Below the pieces are notes generated by a model that ran no database searches, was not told the origin of the DNA, and saw only the letters and a list, made by a program, of their open reading frames with translations. Below, piece after piece: positions 1 through 9,460 of a stretch of 64,000 nucleotides of DNA. Positions within the stretch are counted from its first letter, which is position 1; every line of letters begins with the position of its first letter. The stretch is taken from assembly GCA_963777315.1 (NCBI GenBank), contig CAVZQC010000004.1:704001-768000 (forward strand), given 5' to 3'. Source of the DNA: Vulcanimicrobiota bacterium (lineage in GTDB: Bacteria > Vulcanimicrobiota > Vulcanimicrobiia > Vulcanimicrobiales > Vulcanimicrobiaceae). Position numbers and translations under genes: made by a program.

Positions 1-2031
1 TATAATCGCGTTGATGAGGTGCCCGACGAACGGCACGCCTACGCCCGTTACGAGATCGTAGCCCTTGCCCGCGCTGTATCCGGTATAGAAGTTCGGCGTC
101 GCCGCGGGCGCCGGATAATACGATTGATCGCCGTTGTTGCCTGCCACCACGTCGTAAAACGTGGTAGCGTATGCGGCGGACCCTTCAATCTGATATATCA
201 GCCCTTTCGGATCCCCCAGCCGCCATGGATGCGCGCCGGTCGCCGTAGCGCACGAAGCAGTCGCTTTACACGCCTGAAGAACCACGGCCCATACCGCCGC
301 CATCTCAGGCGCGGAAACGCTGGTTCCACCGACGGACCCTCCAAATGGACCCGCGCCGGGAAAATTCGCATACTGCACGATGAACGGGCCGGTCAAGGGA
401 TCGCCGTTCATCGAAACGTCGGGTACGGCACGCGCCGAACTGGTGCCCACGCCGAAGATGCTCAAATTCGTCTGGCCCGCCGACGCTGCGGAGAAATACT
501 TCGAAAGACCTCCGCCGGTGCCGGGGGAGTTGTCGCCAAACCCGTCGCCTCCCAACGTGACGTTGTCGGCCCAAGCGGTGATCTGTGCGGACGCCGGAAG
601 ATTGCCCATGCTGTCCATCGGATAATTCACCGCCCCGACCGCAACCACCGACGGATCGCTGGCGGGATAAGCGACGCAGAAGTCCGTGGTTGGACTGCCC
701 GTGCCGGAATTGATACACGCGTGCGCTCCATTGTCGCCCGACGAAACGAAGACCGCGATCCCTTCGGCTTTCAGAGCCGCCAATTCCGCCGGACCCGGGC
801 CATTGCCCGATGCATCGAAATATCCCGAAGCTTCCGCGCTCGGCTCGTCCTGACCGAAGCTTATCGAGATCGCATCGGCGTTGTTGTCGGCTATTGCCTG
901 CTGGATCTCGTCATCCGTAAGAAAAATGCCTAAGACGCCCAGTCCGCCGGACGGACAACCGTACGGATTGTTCTGCAGACCGCAGTCGGCTTTGTTGTAG
1001 CCCAAATACGCCAGCACGCTCGACCCCGGAGCGAGCTCGGCGATTTGCTCGGTATCGAGCTGCGCTTCGCCGTCCTCGACGTTGCATTTGGCCGTAACGT
1101 AACCGGGCACGCACGAGGAGTCCGGCGCGGTCACCGCCGGGGGGGTCGCCAATCCGGCGGGATCGCCGTCGAACGGTGCGGTGCCGGTTTGATTGTTTTG
1201 CGGGCTCGGCGTGTGCGCGACGACGGGCACGACCGTAACCGTCGCAACCGACGTTTTGTACAGTGAACCGATGAACGGCGCGTCGCCCTTCCAGATTGGA
1301 CCGGTCGCAATGACGCCGACGTTGATTCCGGCGCCGTTGAATCCGGCATTGGCAGCTCCGGTGAAATCGAAGGCTCTGCGCAACTGCTGCGGCGACATGC
1401 CCAAAACTTGGCCGTTGCTGGCCCGAATGAGATACGTACGGCGCAAGTTGACGTGAACCAAATCGGCTACCGCGCTGACCGGTACGACCCGGCTGAAATG
1501 CGGCTGCGACGACGGCGCGAGGAACGTGCGTCCATACGCTCGATATACGGCGAACTTCGTGCCGAACGCGGTCTCCAGATCGCTCAGCTTGCCGCTGACC
1601 ACCATGGAAAGGCGTTGAGGCCACGACGCTGCGCTCAGATGGTACTGTTCGAAATACGATGCGGCCGACCGGTAGTCGCTTTGCGATGCGCCGAACTGGT
1701 CGGCGATCTGCTGCGGGGTCAAAAAGTGACGGTACAGCGCCGAACCCGGCGTGCTGGCCTGGCGCGCGTAGCCCAGCAGTCCGGGAAGATTGCGCATGCG
1801 CAGCTGCACGTCGACCGCCATACTGCCGCCGTGCGCCTCACCCACGTACTGCGCGGTGCGCATCACGCCCGCGCCCCAAGCAAAATTCGCCAGTTGCTGC
1901 GGACCGGTGTACGGCGTGAGCTGCGATTTTGGAACGCCGGCGCTGGGATTGACCGAACCTGCGCCGCCGCACGCGGCAAGCGCAGCGGCTGCGATCGCGC
2001 CCGCGCATACGACTTTCAACTGCAGGTTCAT
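1..2031 (-). CDS. S53 family (sedolisin/kumamolisin-like) serine peptidase, lipoprotein with propeptide; 3' end runs off the window
   Basis: Not in the ORF track because there is no stop in the window. Manual translation from ATG 2031 gives MNLQLKVVCAGAIAAAALAACGG (lipobox), propeptide YRHFLTPQQIADQFG, EAQLDTE (Glu/Asp), VSSGDNG, GGTSVSAP (Ser) and C-terminal GYDLVTGVG. Confidence 0.92.
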   Translation of the reverse strand, partial: MNLQLKVVCAGAIAAAALAACGGAGSVNPSAGVPKSQLTPYTGPQQLANFAWGAGVMRTAQYVGEAHGGSMAVDVQLRMRNLPGLLGYARQASTPGSALYRHFLTPQQIADQFGASQSDYRSAASYFEQYHLSAASWPQRLSMVVSGKLSDLETAFGTKFAVYRAYGRTFLAPSSQPHFSRVVPVSAVADLVHVNLRRTYLIRASNGQVLGMSPQQLRRAFDFTGAANAGFNGAGINVGVIATGPIWKGDAPFIGSLYKTSVATVTVVPVVAHTPSPQNNQTGTAPFDGDPAGLATPPAVTAPDSSCVPGYVTAKCNVEDGEAQLDTEQIAELAPGSSVLAYLGYNKADCGLQNNPYGCPSGGLGVLGIFLTDDEIQQAIADNNADAISISFGQDEPSAEASGYFDASGNGPGPAELAALKAEGIAVFVSSGDNGAHACINSGTGSPTTDFCVAYPASDPSVVAVGAVNYPMDSMGNLPASAQITAWADNVTLGGDGFGDNSPGTGGGLSKYFSAASAGQTNLSIFGVGTSSARAVPDVSMNGDPLTGPFIVQYANFPGAGPFGGSVGGTSVSAPEMAAVWAVVLQACKATASCATATGAHPWRLGDPKGLIYQIEGSAAYATTFYDVVAGNNGDQSYYPAPAATPNFYTGYSAGKGYDLVTGVGVPFVGHLINAII

Positions 2032-3398
2032 GAGCGGTCACCCCGATGGCCCAAAGAGCGAAGGAATTTCAACGCATGCAGTTCGCGGGCATGGCGATCC
2101 AGCGCCGTGCGGCGTGCGAATTGCGCTTGCGCCGCGGCGATGTACCCCGCGGAAAGCGTGCGGCTCTGCACCGTGGAACTGCTCGTGCGTCGCCCATTTG
2201 CGGACGCTGCGGACGGATGTCCCCCCGTCAGCGTAAGCGTTTCCGAAACCGTCGCGGTCGAGAGGGGCGTGCCGGGAAAATGCAGATGGAAGCTGTTCGC
2301 CGCCGCGAAGTCGTCCTGGTAGTCGTAATACGAATTTTGCACGTCTTGAAGGATCAGGCACACCACGCCGGCGTTTGCGCCGGTGTACGTCGTTTGCGTC
2401 TGCACGTCGGTGTATCCCAGAATCGTGTCGACGCGGGACGTCGTCTGCACGAGCTCGTTGCCTGAGGTTCCCTCGGCACTGGGAACGCTGCACGATGCGG
2501 GGTATGCGACGTTCGCCGTCACGCTGGTAGACGACTTATAGAGCGCCAGCGGCGTGGGCCACCACACCGGAGCGGTGTACACGCGCGGAGTGCTCGTCGG
2601 TACTGGCACGGGGCTCGGATGGCCCGAGGGAGCCGGCGTGGGAGTGGGCGGGTTCACGAACGTCACGGTGATGTTCACTTGATTGTTGGCCGGAGCGCTA
2701 AAGGCGAACCCTTCGACCGCGCCGTTGAGGAACGCCCCGTTGGACGTGTACGAACCGCTGCCGTCGGCGTTCTGCGAAAGCTGCAGCTGCGCAAGACTGC
2801 TGGTCGTGGTTTCGGTATACGTTCCGTTCGCGTTGTAGGTGCGAACGCTGCTCGTGCCGTCGGCGTCGTTTTCCTTATAAGTAACGGCTCCGCCATTCTG
2901 CCACGTCGCACCGCCGGTTTCGGGAAGTTCGTCCAAAATGAACGGCGTCGGGTACTGCGCCGAAAGCGCGTTGCCGCTGTCGTCGGCATTTTTGTATCCG
3001 TATTCAACGACGTGACCGGATGCGTCGGTTCCAATCCACGCATCGGTGGTGAGCGTATGCGTGGTCAATGCGGCGGCATCGGTTTCGACGGTGTGAAAAT
3101 CCCCCGCGCTCGGGGCGCCGAAAGGATTCGCCGAACTCGTAACGTTGACGGCTTGCGTCACGCTCGTTGTTACGTTGGTCGACGGATACGGCGAGGGCGA
3201 AGGATATTGGAACGATGCTTGGCTCGTCTGCGAACCGGTATAGGCAAACGTCGCTCCGTTTTGGTACGGCGTTGGAGTGGGCTTGGGGGTGCTCGACGGC
3301 GGCGGGTTGGGCGGTCCGACGCCGCCTCCTCCCCCTCCGCATGCGGCCAAAGCGGCGCACGCGATCGCTGCGGCGACTGCAACAGCTCGAATTTTCAC
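2028..3398 (-). CDS. Secreted Ser/Thr/Pro-rich lipoprotein of unknown function
   Basis: GTG 3398 follows GGAGG. Lipobox ALAAC-GGGGGG and PTPTP linkers. Its stop overlaps the S53 start (ATGA). Confidence 0.8.
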   Translation of the reverse strand: MKIRAVAVAAAIACAALAACGGGGGGVGPPNPPPSSTPKPTPTPYQNGATFAYTGSQTSQASFQYPSPSPYPSTNVTTSVTQAVNVTSSANPFGAPSAGDFHTVETDAAALTTHTLTTDAWIGTDASGHVVEYGYKNADDSGNALSAQYPTPFILDELPETGGATWQNGGAVTYKENDADGTSSVRTYNANGTYTETTTSSLAQLQLSQNADGSGSYTSNGAFLNGAVEGFAFSAPANNQVNITVTFVNPPTPTPAPSGHPSPVPVPTSTPRVYTAPVWWPTPLALYKSSTSVTANVAYPASCSVPSAEGTSGNELVQTTSRVDTILGYTDVQTQTTYTGANAGVVCLILQDVQNSYYDYQDDFAAANSFHLHFPGTPLSTATVSETLTLTGGHPSAASANGRRTSSSTVQSRTLSAGYIAAAQAQFARRTALDRHARELHALKFLRSLGHRGDRS

Positions 3399-3622
3399 GA
3401 GCCCTCCGAGTACAGCAAAGTGTAGGTTCGCGCCAAACTCGAACAGCAAAAGACGCCGCCGCTAGCAGCAGTCGACATGCGAAACGCGTTTGCCACTCCC
3501 GATGAACGAACGTTCTACGGCGCCGGGCTTCCATCTTCGTGCTGCCCAGCCAGTCTTTGGACCTAACGTGCAAGGCCACGCCCGCGCAGGAACCAACGCG
3601 TTGGCGGGTACGTTGAGCGCAC

Positions 3623-4174
3623 ATGAAGCTCTTCGGCGCACTGCTCGTTTTGGCCGCGCTTTCTGCCGCCGGAATCGCGTTGGCCGCCGCCGCTCGCGAC
3701 GGCGCTGTCATCCGCAATACGGGCTCGACGAACTTCTCGGGTTACACGATCAAGCTGTGGTCCGATGGTTCGGCCGCCGTCGTGCGCTCCAACCGCGCCG
3801 GCGACGCCATGGCGCCCCCTCGCGCCGGAAGCGTTCCCATGGACACCGTTAGAAAGTTTTTCGGCGATCTGAAAGCCGCTAAAGACAGCGGCAAAGTAAT
3901 CGGACGTACCTGCATGAAAAGCGCTTCCTTCGGTTCGGCGACTGTCGTGCAGTATCACGGCTGGACGTCGCCCGATCTCGAATGTCCCGGGGACGGCTTC
4001 GTTGTGGCGCTCGCGGCGGAAGCGCACGAGATCGCCGCCGCACTCCAAGTGCGCCGCGTGCCGATGCATCCGGTTATCCGCCGGGCGCTCATGCCCAACG
4101 AGCCCCGCCGCGTTCCGCAGGGACCGCCGGTTCAAGCAAGCCCTTCGCCGGAATCCACGCCGCGTACGCCGTAA
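3623..4174 (+). CDS. Hypothetical secreted protein
   Basis: N-terminal signal peptide, Cys pair (CMKSASFGS...DLECP), Pro-rich tail. Confidence 0.7.
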   Translation: MKLFGALLVLAALSAAGIALAAAARDGAVIRNTGSTNFSGYTIKLWSDGSAAVVRSNRAGDAMAPPRAGSVPMDTVRKFFGDLKAAKDSGKVIGRTCMKSASFGSATVVQYHGWTSPDLECPGDGFVVALAAEAHEIAAALQVRRVPMHPVIRRALMPNEPRRVPQGPPVQASPSPESTPRTP

Positions 4175-4203
4175 AGGGTGGCTGTCCAAAGGAGTATCGC
4201 CCC

Positions 4204-4761
4204 GTGAAGCGCCTCTCGCTCGCCTTTATCGCTGCGGCATGCATCGCCGTTCCGGCGAATGCCCAAACCACCCCGCTGCCCACGCCGCCTCCCGCGCCGC
4301 CGTTACCGAACGCAACCGTCACTCCCGTTGTCCCGATCGCGCGGCCGTCGGCTGCTGCGCACGCAAAAGCAACGCCCGCGCCGCCCAAGGACGTCGATGA
4401 AAATCGCGCCGGCATTTCAGGCGTATGGGAAGTTGCGATTCAGAACGACCACGGCGTGGTGTATACGCATTTCAAACTGAGCCAGCGCGGAAGCACGCTC
4501 ACCGGCCAATACTTGGACGCCGACGGCAAACGGTTTCCTCTCGCCGGCAGCGTCGACGGCAAGAACGTTCGCGTCGTGGTTTCCCTTCCCAACGGCGGAG
4601 CGCTGATCTTCAACGGGTCGCAAGACGGCGGGACCGACATGGTCGGCACGCTCGACACGGCCAAGGATTTGGTCGGATTCACCGCCGCGTACCGCCCGAA
4701 ATACAAATGGATCGACAATCTCACGCCGGGCACCGGCGGGATGACGCCCGGGATTCCCTAG
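4204..4761 (+). CDS. Hypothetical secreted protein (Pro-rich linker plus beta-rich domain)
   Basis: AAGGAG RBS before GTG 4204; signal peptide ending VPANA; ISGVWEV...LTGQY beta-rich domain. Confidence 0.7.
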   Translation: MKRLSLAFIAAACIAVPANAQTTPLPTPPPAPPLPNATVTPVVPIARPSAAAHAKATPAPPKDVDENRAGISGVWEVAIQNDHGVVYTHFKLSQRGSTLTGQYLDADGKRFPLAGSVDGKNVRVVVSLPNGGALIFNGSQDGGTDMVGTLDTAKDLVGFTAAYRPKYKWIDNLTPGTGGMTPGIP

Positions 4762-4763
4762 AA

Positions 4764-5270
4764 CTAGCGGCGCTCGGCCAGCCGCCGTTCGACGTACGGC
4801 TGCAGCCCGCCGGCTTCGATGAGCGATTGCATGAACGGCGGGAACGCCGCCGCTCGGTACGCCGCGTTTTTCGTAACGTTTCGAATGACGCCGGTTGCGG
4901 GCTCGACTTCGATCTCGTCGCCGCTTTCGATGCCGTCAACCGCGTCGGGTGATTCGAAGATCGGTAGGCCGATATTGAGCGCGTTGCGGTAGAAAATGCG
5001 GGCGAAACTCTTGGCAATGACCGCTGCCGTGCCCGAACCTTTGATCGCAATCGGTGCGACTTCGCGGCTGGAGCCGCAGCCGAAGTTGCGATCCGCGACG
5101 ATGATGTCGCCCGCGCGCATGTTCGCGGTATAGTCCGGATCGATTCCCTCGAGTGCGTGCTTGCCCAACTCGACGGGATCGATAATGTTGCAGTACTTGC
5201 CCGGGATGATGACGTCGGTATCGACGTTCTTTCCGTATTTGTGCGCGCGTCCGCGCAGCGATTTTTCCAT
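4764..5270 (-). CDS. leuD: 3-isopropylmalate dehydratase/homoaconitase family small subunit
   Basis: [46 protein letters not shown]. Forms the C-terminal part of ORF 4764..6659. Confidence 0.9.
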   Translation of the reverse strand: MEKSLRGRAHKYGKNVDTDVIIPGKYCNIIDPVELGKHALEGIDPDYTANMRAGDIIVADRNFGCGSSREVAPIAIKGSGTAAVIAKSFARIFYRNALNIGLPIFESPDAVDGIESGDEIEVEPATGVIRNVTKNAAYRAAAFPPFMQSLIEAGGLQPYVERRLAERR

Positions 5271-6560
5271 CAGCGGGCCGCAGCCTCGCCGGCGATGACG
5301 CGCGGATCGGTGATGCGCCCCGTGAGCGCCGATGCCGCGCACGTCGCGGGCGAAGCTGAAATACACTTCGGCTTTGGGCGAACCCATGCGGCCGACGTAA
5401 TTGCGGTTGGTCGTCGATATGCACCGCTCGCCGTCGCCCAGCGTGCCCATATGGCCTCCGAAACAGGCTCCGCAGCCCGGCGTATTCACCGCGCATCCCG
5501 CTGCCGCAAGCGTGCCGAGGATGCCTTCCTGCGCTGCCTGCATCCACACTTTTTGCGACCCCGGGTTGACGATCACGCGCAGCGTCGGCGCGATTTTCTT
5601 TCCATCAAGGATCCGTGCGACCACCCGCAGGTCTTCGATGTAGCCGTTGGTGCACGAGCCGATGAAAACCTGATCCACCGGTATCGTTTCGTTGGTGACT
5701 TCGGAGATATCGTGCACGTTGTCGGGCGTGTGCGGGCAGGCGACTTGCGGCTCCAGACTTCCGGCGTCGATTTCCACCACGCGCTCGTACCGCGCATCCT
5801 CGTCGGCTTTTTCCACGAGGAAGTCCCGGTCGGTGCGCTCACGCACGTACGCCAGCGTCTTTGCGTCGGCGTGAAAGATGCCGTTTTTGGCGCCGGCCTC
5901 GATCGCCATGTTCGCCATCGTAATGCGGCCCGTGATCGACAGCTCGTCAACGGTGCTGCCGTGATATTCCATCGCGCGGTACGTTGCGCCGTCGATGCCC
6001 AGCACGGACACGGTCTTGAGCATTAAATCTTTGGCAACGACCATTTCGCCCAGCGTGCCGTCGTACACCAATTTGATCGTGGGCGGCACCTTGAGCCACA
6101 CTTCGCCCAATACGAAGGCGGCCGCAATGTCCGTCGATCCCATGCCGGTGGCAAAAGCGCCGAAGGCTCCGTACGTGCAGGTGTGCGAGTCGCCGCCGAC
6201 GATCAGCTCGCCCGGCGCGACCAGCCCTTCTTCGGGCAGCACGACGTGCTCGATGCCGCCGCGGCCGACGTCGAAAAAGTGCTTGATGTTTTGCTCGCGC
6301 GCAAAATCTTTCATCAATTTTGCGACTTTGGCGGACTGCGCGTCTTTGGCGGGCACGAAATGATCTTCGACCAGCGCGATCTTGTCGGTGTCGAAAACGC
6401 GATCGGCGCCCTTTATCCCGCGCATCACGCCGATTGCGACTGCCGCCGAAAGCTCGTTCGCGAGCACCAAATCGACCTTCGCATTGATGATTGCGCCGGG
6501 CTCGACCGAATCCAGCCCCGCGTGTCGCGCGAGGATCTTTTCGGTCAGCGTCATGCCCAT
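5270..6560 (-). CDS. leuC: 3-isopropylmalate dehydratase/homoaconitase family large subunit (single-base insertion near 5358)
   Basis: MGMTLTEKIL, DSHTCTYGA, IGSCTNG, PGCGACFG, TTNRNY. Removing one base restores YLASPATCAASALTGRITDPR, with a TGA that overlaps the leuD ATG. Confidence 0.9.
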
Positions 6561-6621
6561 AAACTCGTCTCCTACTTCCAACCTGGGGTATGCACCGTTT
6601 CGAGTCGAAGAACGCGCGACC

Positions 6622-7899
6622 ATGCCGGACCGCCGATTCGGACTTTCCACGCGCGCCATTCACGCCGGCACGCCGCCGGATCCCGTTACGGGCTCGCGCG
6701 CCATGCCCATCCATCAAACCGCGGCCTTCGTGTTCGGTTCCACCGAGCAGGCGGCCGAACTCTTTGCTCTACGCAGTTACGGACATATTTACAGCCGGAT
6801 CAGCAATCCCACCGTGGCGGCGTTCGAAGAACGCATGGCCAGTCTGGAAGAGGGCCTGGGTGCGATCGCGTTTTCCAGCGGTTTGGCCGCGCAGCTCGCC
6901 GTGGTGCTCACGTTAGCCCAAGCCGGCGATCATATCGTCAGCTCGCAAAGCGTATACGGCGGCACGGTAACGCAGTTCAGCGTGACGCTGCGCCGCATGG
7001 GCATCGACACGGCCTTTGCCGGCGCGCGCGACTACGATGCAATCCGCGCGGCCATTGCGCCCAATACGAAACTGCTGTTTGCCGAAACGATCGGCAACCC
7101 GTCGGGCGAAATCGCCGACGTGCGAGCGCTCGCGCAGATCGCGCACGAGGCCGGCATTCCGCTTATCGTCGACAACACGTTCGCCTCGCCTGCGCTCTAT
7201 AGGCCGATAACGCACGGAGCGGACGTCGTCGTCCATTCGGCGACCAAATTCATTTGCGGACACGGCACCGTCATCGGCGGCGTGGCCATCGAGTCGGGAA
7301 AATTCGACTGGGGCAGCGGCAAGTTTCCATTGCTCTCTGAGCCCAGTCCCGGATACCACGACAAAATCTTCGTTGAAACGTTCGGCGAGTACGCCTTTCT
7401 CATGCGCGCGCGCGCAGAAGTGCTGCGCGACGTCGGCTCCCAACTGTCGCCCATGGATGCGTGGCTCTTGCTGCTCGGACTTGAAACCTTGCCGCTGCGC
7501 ATGAAGGCGCACGTCGAGAACGCGCGCCGGGTCGCGCAATTTTTGCAGGATCGCGCGGAAGTGGAATGGGTCAAGGCGCCGCAGATGGGATCGATCTTCA
7601 CGTTCGGCATTCGGGGTGGGCGCGAGGCGGGGCGGCGCTTCATCGACGCGCTCGAGTTATGGAGCCATCTGGCCAACGTAGGCGATGCAAAGAGCCTGGT
7701 AATACACCCTGCATCGACGACGCATTCACAGCTCGGCGACGAAGAACTGCGCAAAGCCGGCGTCGCTCCCGAAGCGGTACGTTTGTCGGTCGGACTGGAA
7801 GACGTCGACGATTTGCTGTGGGATCTCGATAACGCGCTGCGTGCGGCTGCACGTCAGTCCGAGCCGCGAACGGTTGTGAGGCAGCGGCAAACGGTATGA
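6622..7899 (+). CDS. metY: O-acetylhomoserine aminocarboxypropyltransferase/sulfhydrylase (PLP)
   Basis: YSRISNPT, VDNTFA, HSATKFICGHG (PLP Lys), HLANVGDAKSLVIHPASTTHSQL. Confidence 0.9.
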   Translation: MPDRRFGLSTRAIHAGTPPDPVTGSRAMPIHQTAAFVFGSTEQAAELFALRSYGHIYSRISNPTVAAFEERMASLEEGLGAIAFSSGLAAQLAVVLTLAQAGDHIVSSQSVYGGTVTQFSVTLRRMGIDTAFAGARDYDAIRAAIAPNTKLLFAETIGNPSGEIADVRALAQIAHEAGIPLIVDNTFASPALYRPITHGADVVVHSATKFICGHGTVIGGVAIESGKFDWGSGKFPLLSEPSPGYHDKIFVETFGEYAFLMRARAEVLRDVGSQLSPMDAWLLLLGLETLPLRMKAHVENARRVAQFLQDRAEVEWVKAPQMGSIFTFGIRGGREAGRRFIDALELWSHLANVGDAKSLVIHPASTTHSQLGDEELRKAGVAPEAVRLSVGLEDVDDLLWDLDNALRAAARQSEPRTVVRQRQTV

Positions 7900-8372
7900 T
7901 CCTCGACACGATCGCAGCGCGGCGCGATCTCCTGGCCGCGAGCAAGACCGTCGCTATGGTCGGCGCGTCGGCGAATCCGCTGCGTCCCAGCTACACCGTC
8001 TTCAGTTACCTGCGCACCCAAACGCCGCTTTCGGTAACGCCGATCAACCCCACCATCGATCAGATCGACGGTATCAAAGCATATCCGTCGCTCCACGCGT
8101 ATGCTGCCGAATGCGGCGCTCCGGACGTCGTCGACGTTTTTCGCAAACCCAGCGAGGTGCTCGCAGTCGCCCGAGAGGCGGTCGACGCCGGCGCCAAGGC
8201 GATCTGGTTTCAATACGGCGTGGTCAATCAAGAGGCGATCGAACTGGCCGACGGCGCGGGACTCGCCATCGTCGTCGACCGGTGCATCAAGGTCGAATGG
8301 GCGCGTCAGAGCGGCGGTCTTTCGACCGGCGGCCTCAACAGTGGAATCATTACGAGCCGCCGGCGCGCGTGA
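7896..8372 (+). CDS. CoA-binding protein (YccU/CoA_binding_2 type)
   Basis: VAMVGASANPLRPS, VVDVFRK, AIWFQYG, VVDRCIKVE. Confidence 0.88.
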   Translation: MILDTIAARRDLLAASKTVAMVGASANPLRPSYTVFSYLRTQTPLSVTPINPTIDQIDGIKAYPSLHAYAAECGAPDVVDVFRKPSEVLAVAREAVDAGAKAIWFQYGVVNQEAIELADGAGLAIVVDRCIKVEWARQSGGLSTGGLNSGIITSRRRA

Positions 8373-9460
8373 ACGACTCCGGCTATCTGCGCGAAGCGGC
8401 AGCGTTGGATCGGGAGATACTGCGCTGCATCCAGCGGCGCACCGTTCCGGATTTTGACGACCTCGCGCTGCGCGTCTTCGCTCATCAGCTGCGGTACAAC
8501 GTTCCGTACGCGCGGTACTGCGCTGCGCTGGGCGTAACGCTGGAATCGATGCCGGCCGGCTGGGAAGCGATTCCTCCGGCTCCAGCGGACGCGTATAAAG
8601 AGCAGGCGTTATGCACGTTCGATGCGGCGCGCGCCGAGCTGATTTTTCAGACCAGCGGCACGACGGGCGGCACGGGCGGCATGCATTACATGGAGAACGC
8701 CGCACTCTACGACGCGGCGCTGCTGGCCGGATTCGCCGACGCGATGCTGGCAGACCGGGCGGAGCCGCTTACCTATCTGCTGCTGCTTGCAAGTCCGCAG
8801 GAGCGGCCGCGTTCGAGCCTAGGCTATATGATGGCGCGCGTTGCGGACCGGTACGGGGATGGCGGCGAGGGATGGTACGTGCGCGGCGACGTGCTGGACG
8901 TCGATCACTTCATCGCCGATGCGCAGCGCGCGGCAACGTCGGCTGCCGGCGTATGCATCGCGGGTACGGCGTTCGCGTTCGTGCAGCTGCTGGACGCTCT
9001 AGCCGAGCGCGACATTCGCCTGCCGCTGCCCGCGCAATCGCGCATCATGGAGACGGGCGGATTCAAAGGACGCACTCGGGTGGTCGAGCGGGACGAGCTG
9101 TACGCGAATCTGTGCGCCGCGTTCGCTTTGCCTGCCGAACGGATCGTCGCAGAGTACGGCATGACGGAACTGACCAGCCAGTATTACGATCGCATTTCGG
9201 CCACCGGGCGAATCAAAAAAGCGCCGCCGTGGCTGCGCGCGCGTGTGGTCGACGCGTCGGGTGCGACGGTGCCGCCCGGCACGGCCGGCACGCTCGTGCA
9301 TGTCGATCTCGCCAACCGCTCCTCGTGCGTAGCGGTGCAGACGCAGGACGTCGGCGTTGCGGCAGGCGGCGGTTTCGTGCTGATCGGACGCGAACGCAGC
9401 GCGCAGCTGCGCGGGTGTTCGCTCGACGCAGAGCAATTGCGCGCCCTCGAGCGCGCGTGA
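8369..9460 (+). CDS. LuxE-like acyl-protein synthetase
   Basis: FQTSGTTG, METGGFKG, EYGMTEL, C-terminal GR...LRGCSL with the acylated Cys. GTGA overlap with the upstream gene. Confidence 0.85.
   Translation: MNDSGYLREAAALDREILRCIQRRTVPDFDDLALRVFAHQLRYNVPYARYCAALGVTLESMPAGWEAIPPAPADAYKEQALCTFDAARAELIFQTSGTTGGTGGMHYMENAALYDAALLAGFADAMLADRAEPLTYLLLLASPQERPRSSLGYMMARVADRYGDGGEGWYVRGDVLDVDHFIADAQRAATSAAGVCIAGTAFAFVQLLDALAERDIRLPLPAQSRIMETGGFKGRTRVVERDELYANLCAAFALPAERIVAEYGMTELTSQYYDRISATGRIKKAPPWLRARVVDASGATVPPGTAGTLVHVDLANRSSCVAVQTQDVGVAAGGGFVLIGRERSAQLRGCSLDAEQLRALERA

Noticed and set aside
19..2322. Plus-strand ORFs 19..933 and 1408..2322, and minus-strand ORFs 305..718 and 911..1624
   Set aside because: Shadow frames of the S53 gene, which occupies 1..2031 on the minus strand with all catalytic motifs in one frame.
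3399..3622. Possible c-di-GMP-I riboswitch (GGCAAAC on the minus strand) and 12-bp palindrome CCAACGCGTTGG
   Set aside because: The downstream GNRA-loop/GCAAA and second-stem elements are not evident, and a short palindrome alone is weak evidence.
4764..6659. Single 631-aa LeuC-LeuD protein as given by the ORF track
   Set aside because: Better explained by two genes plus a one-base insertion; the upstream extension beyond 6560 overlaps metY and ignores the RBS.
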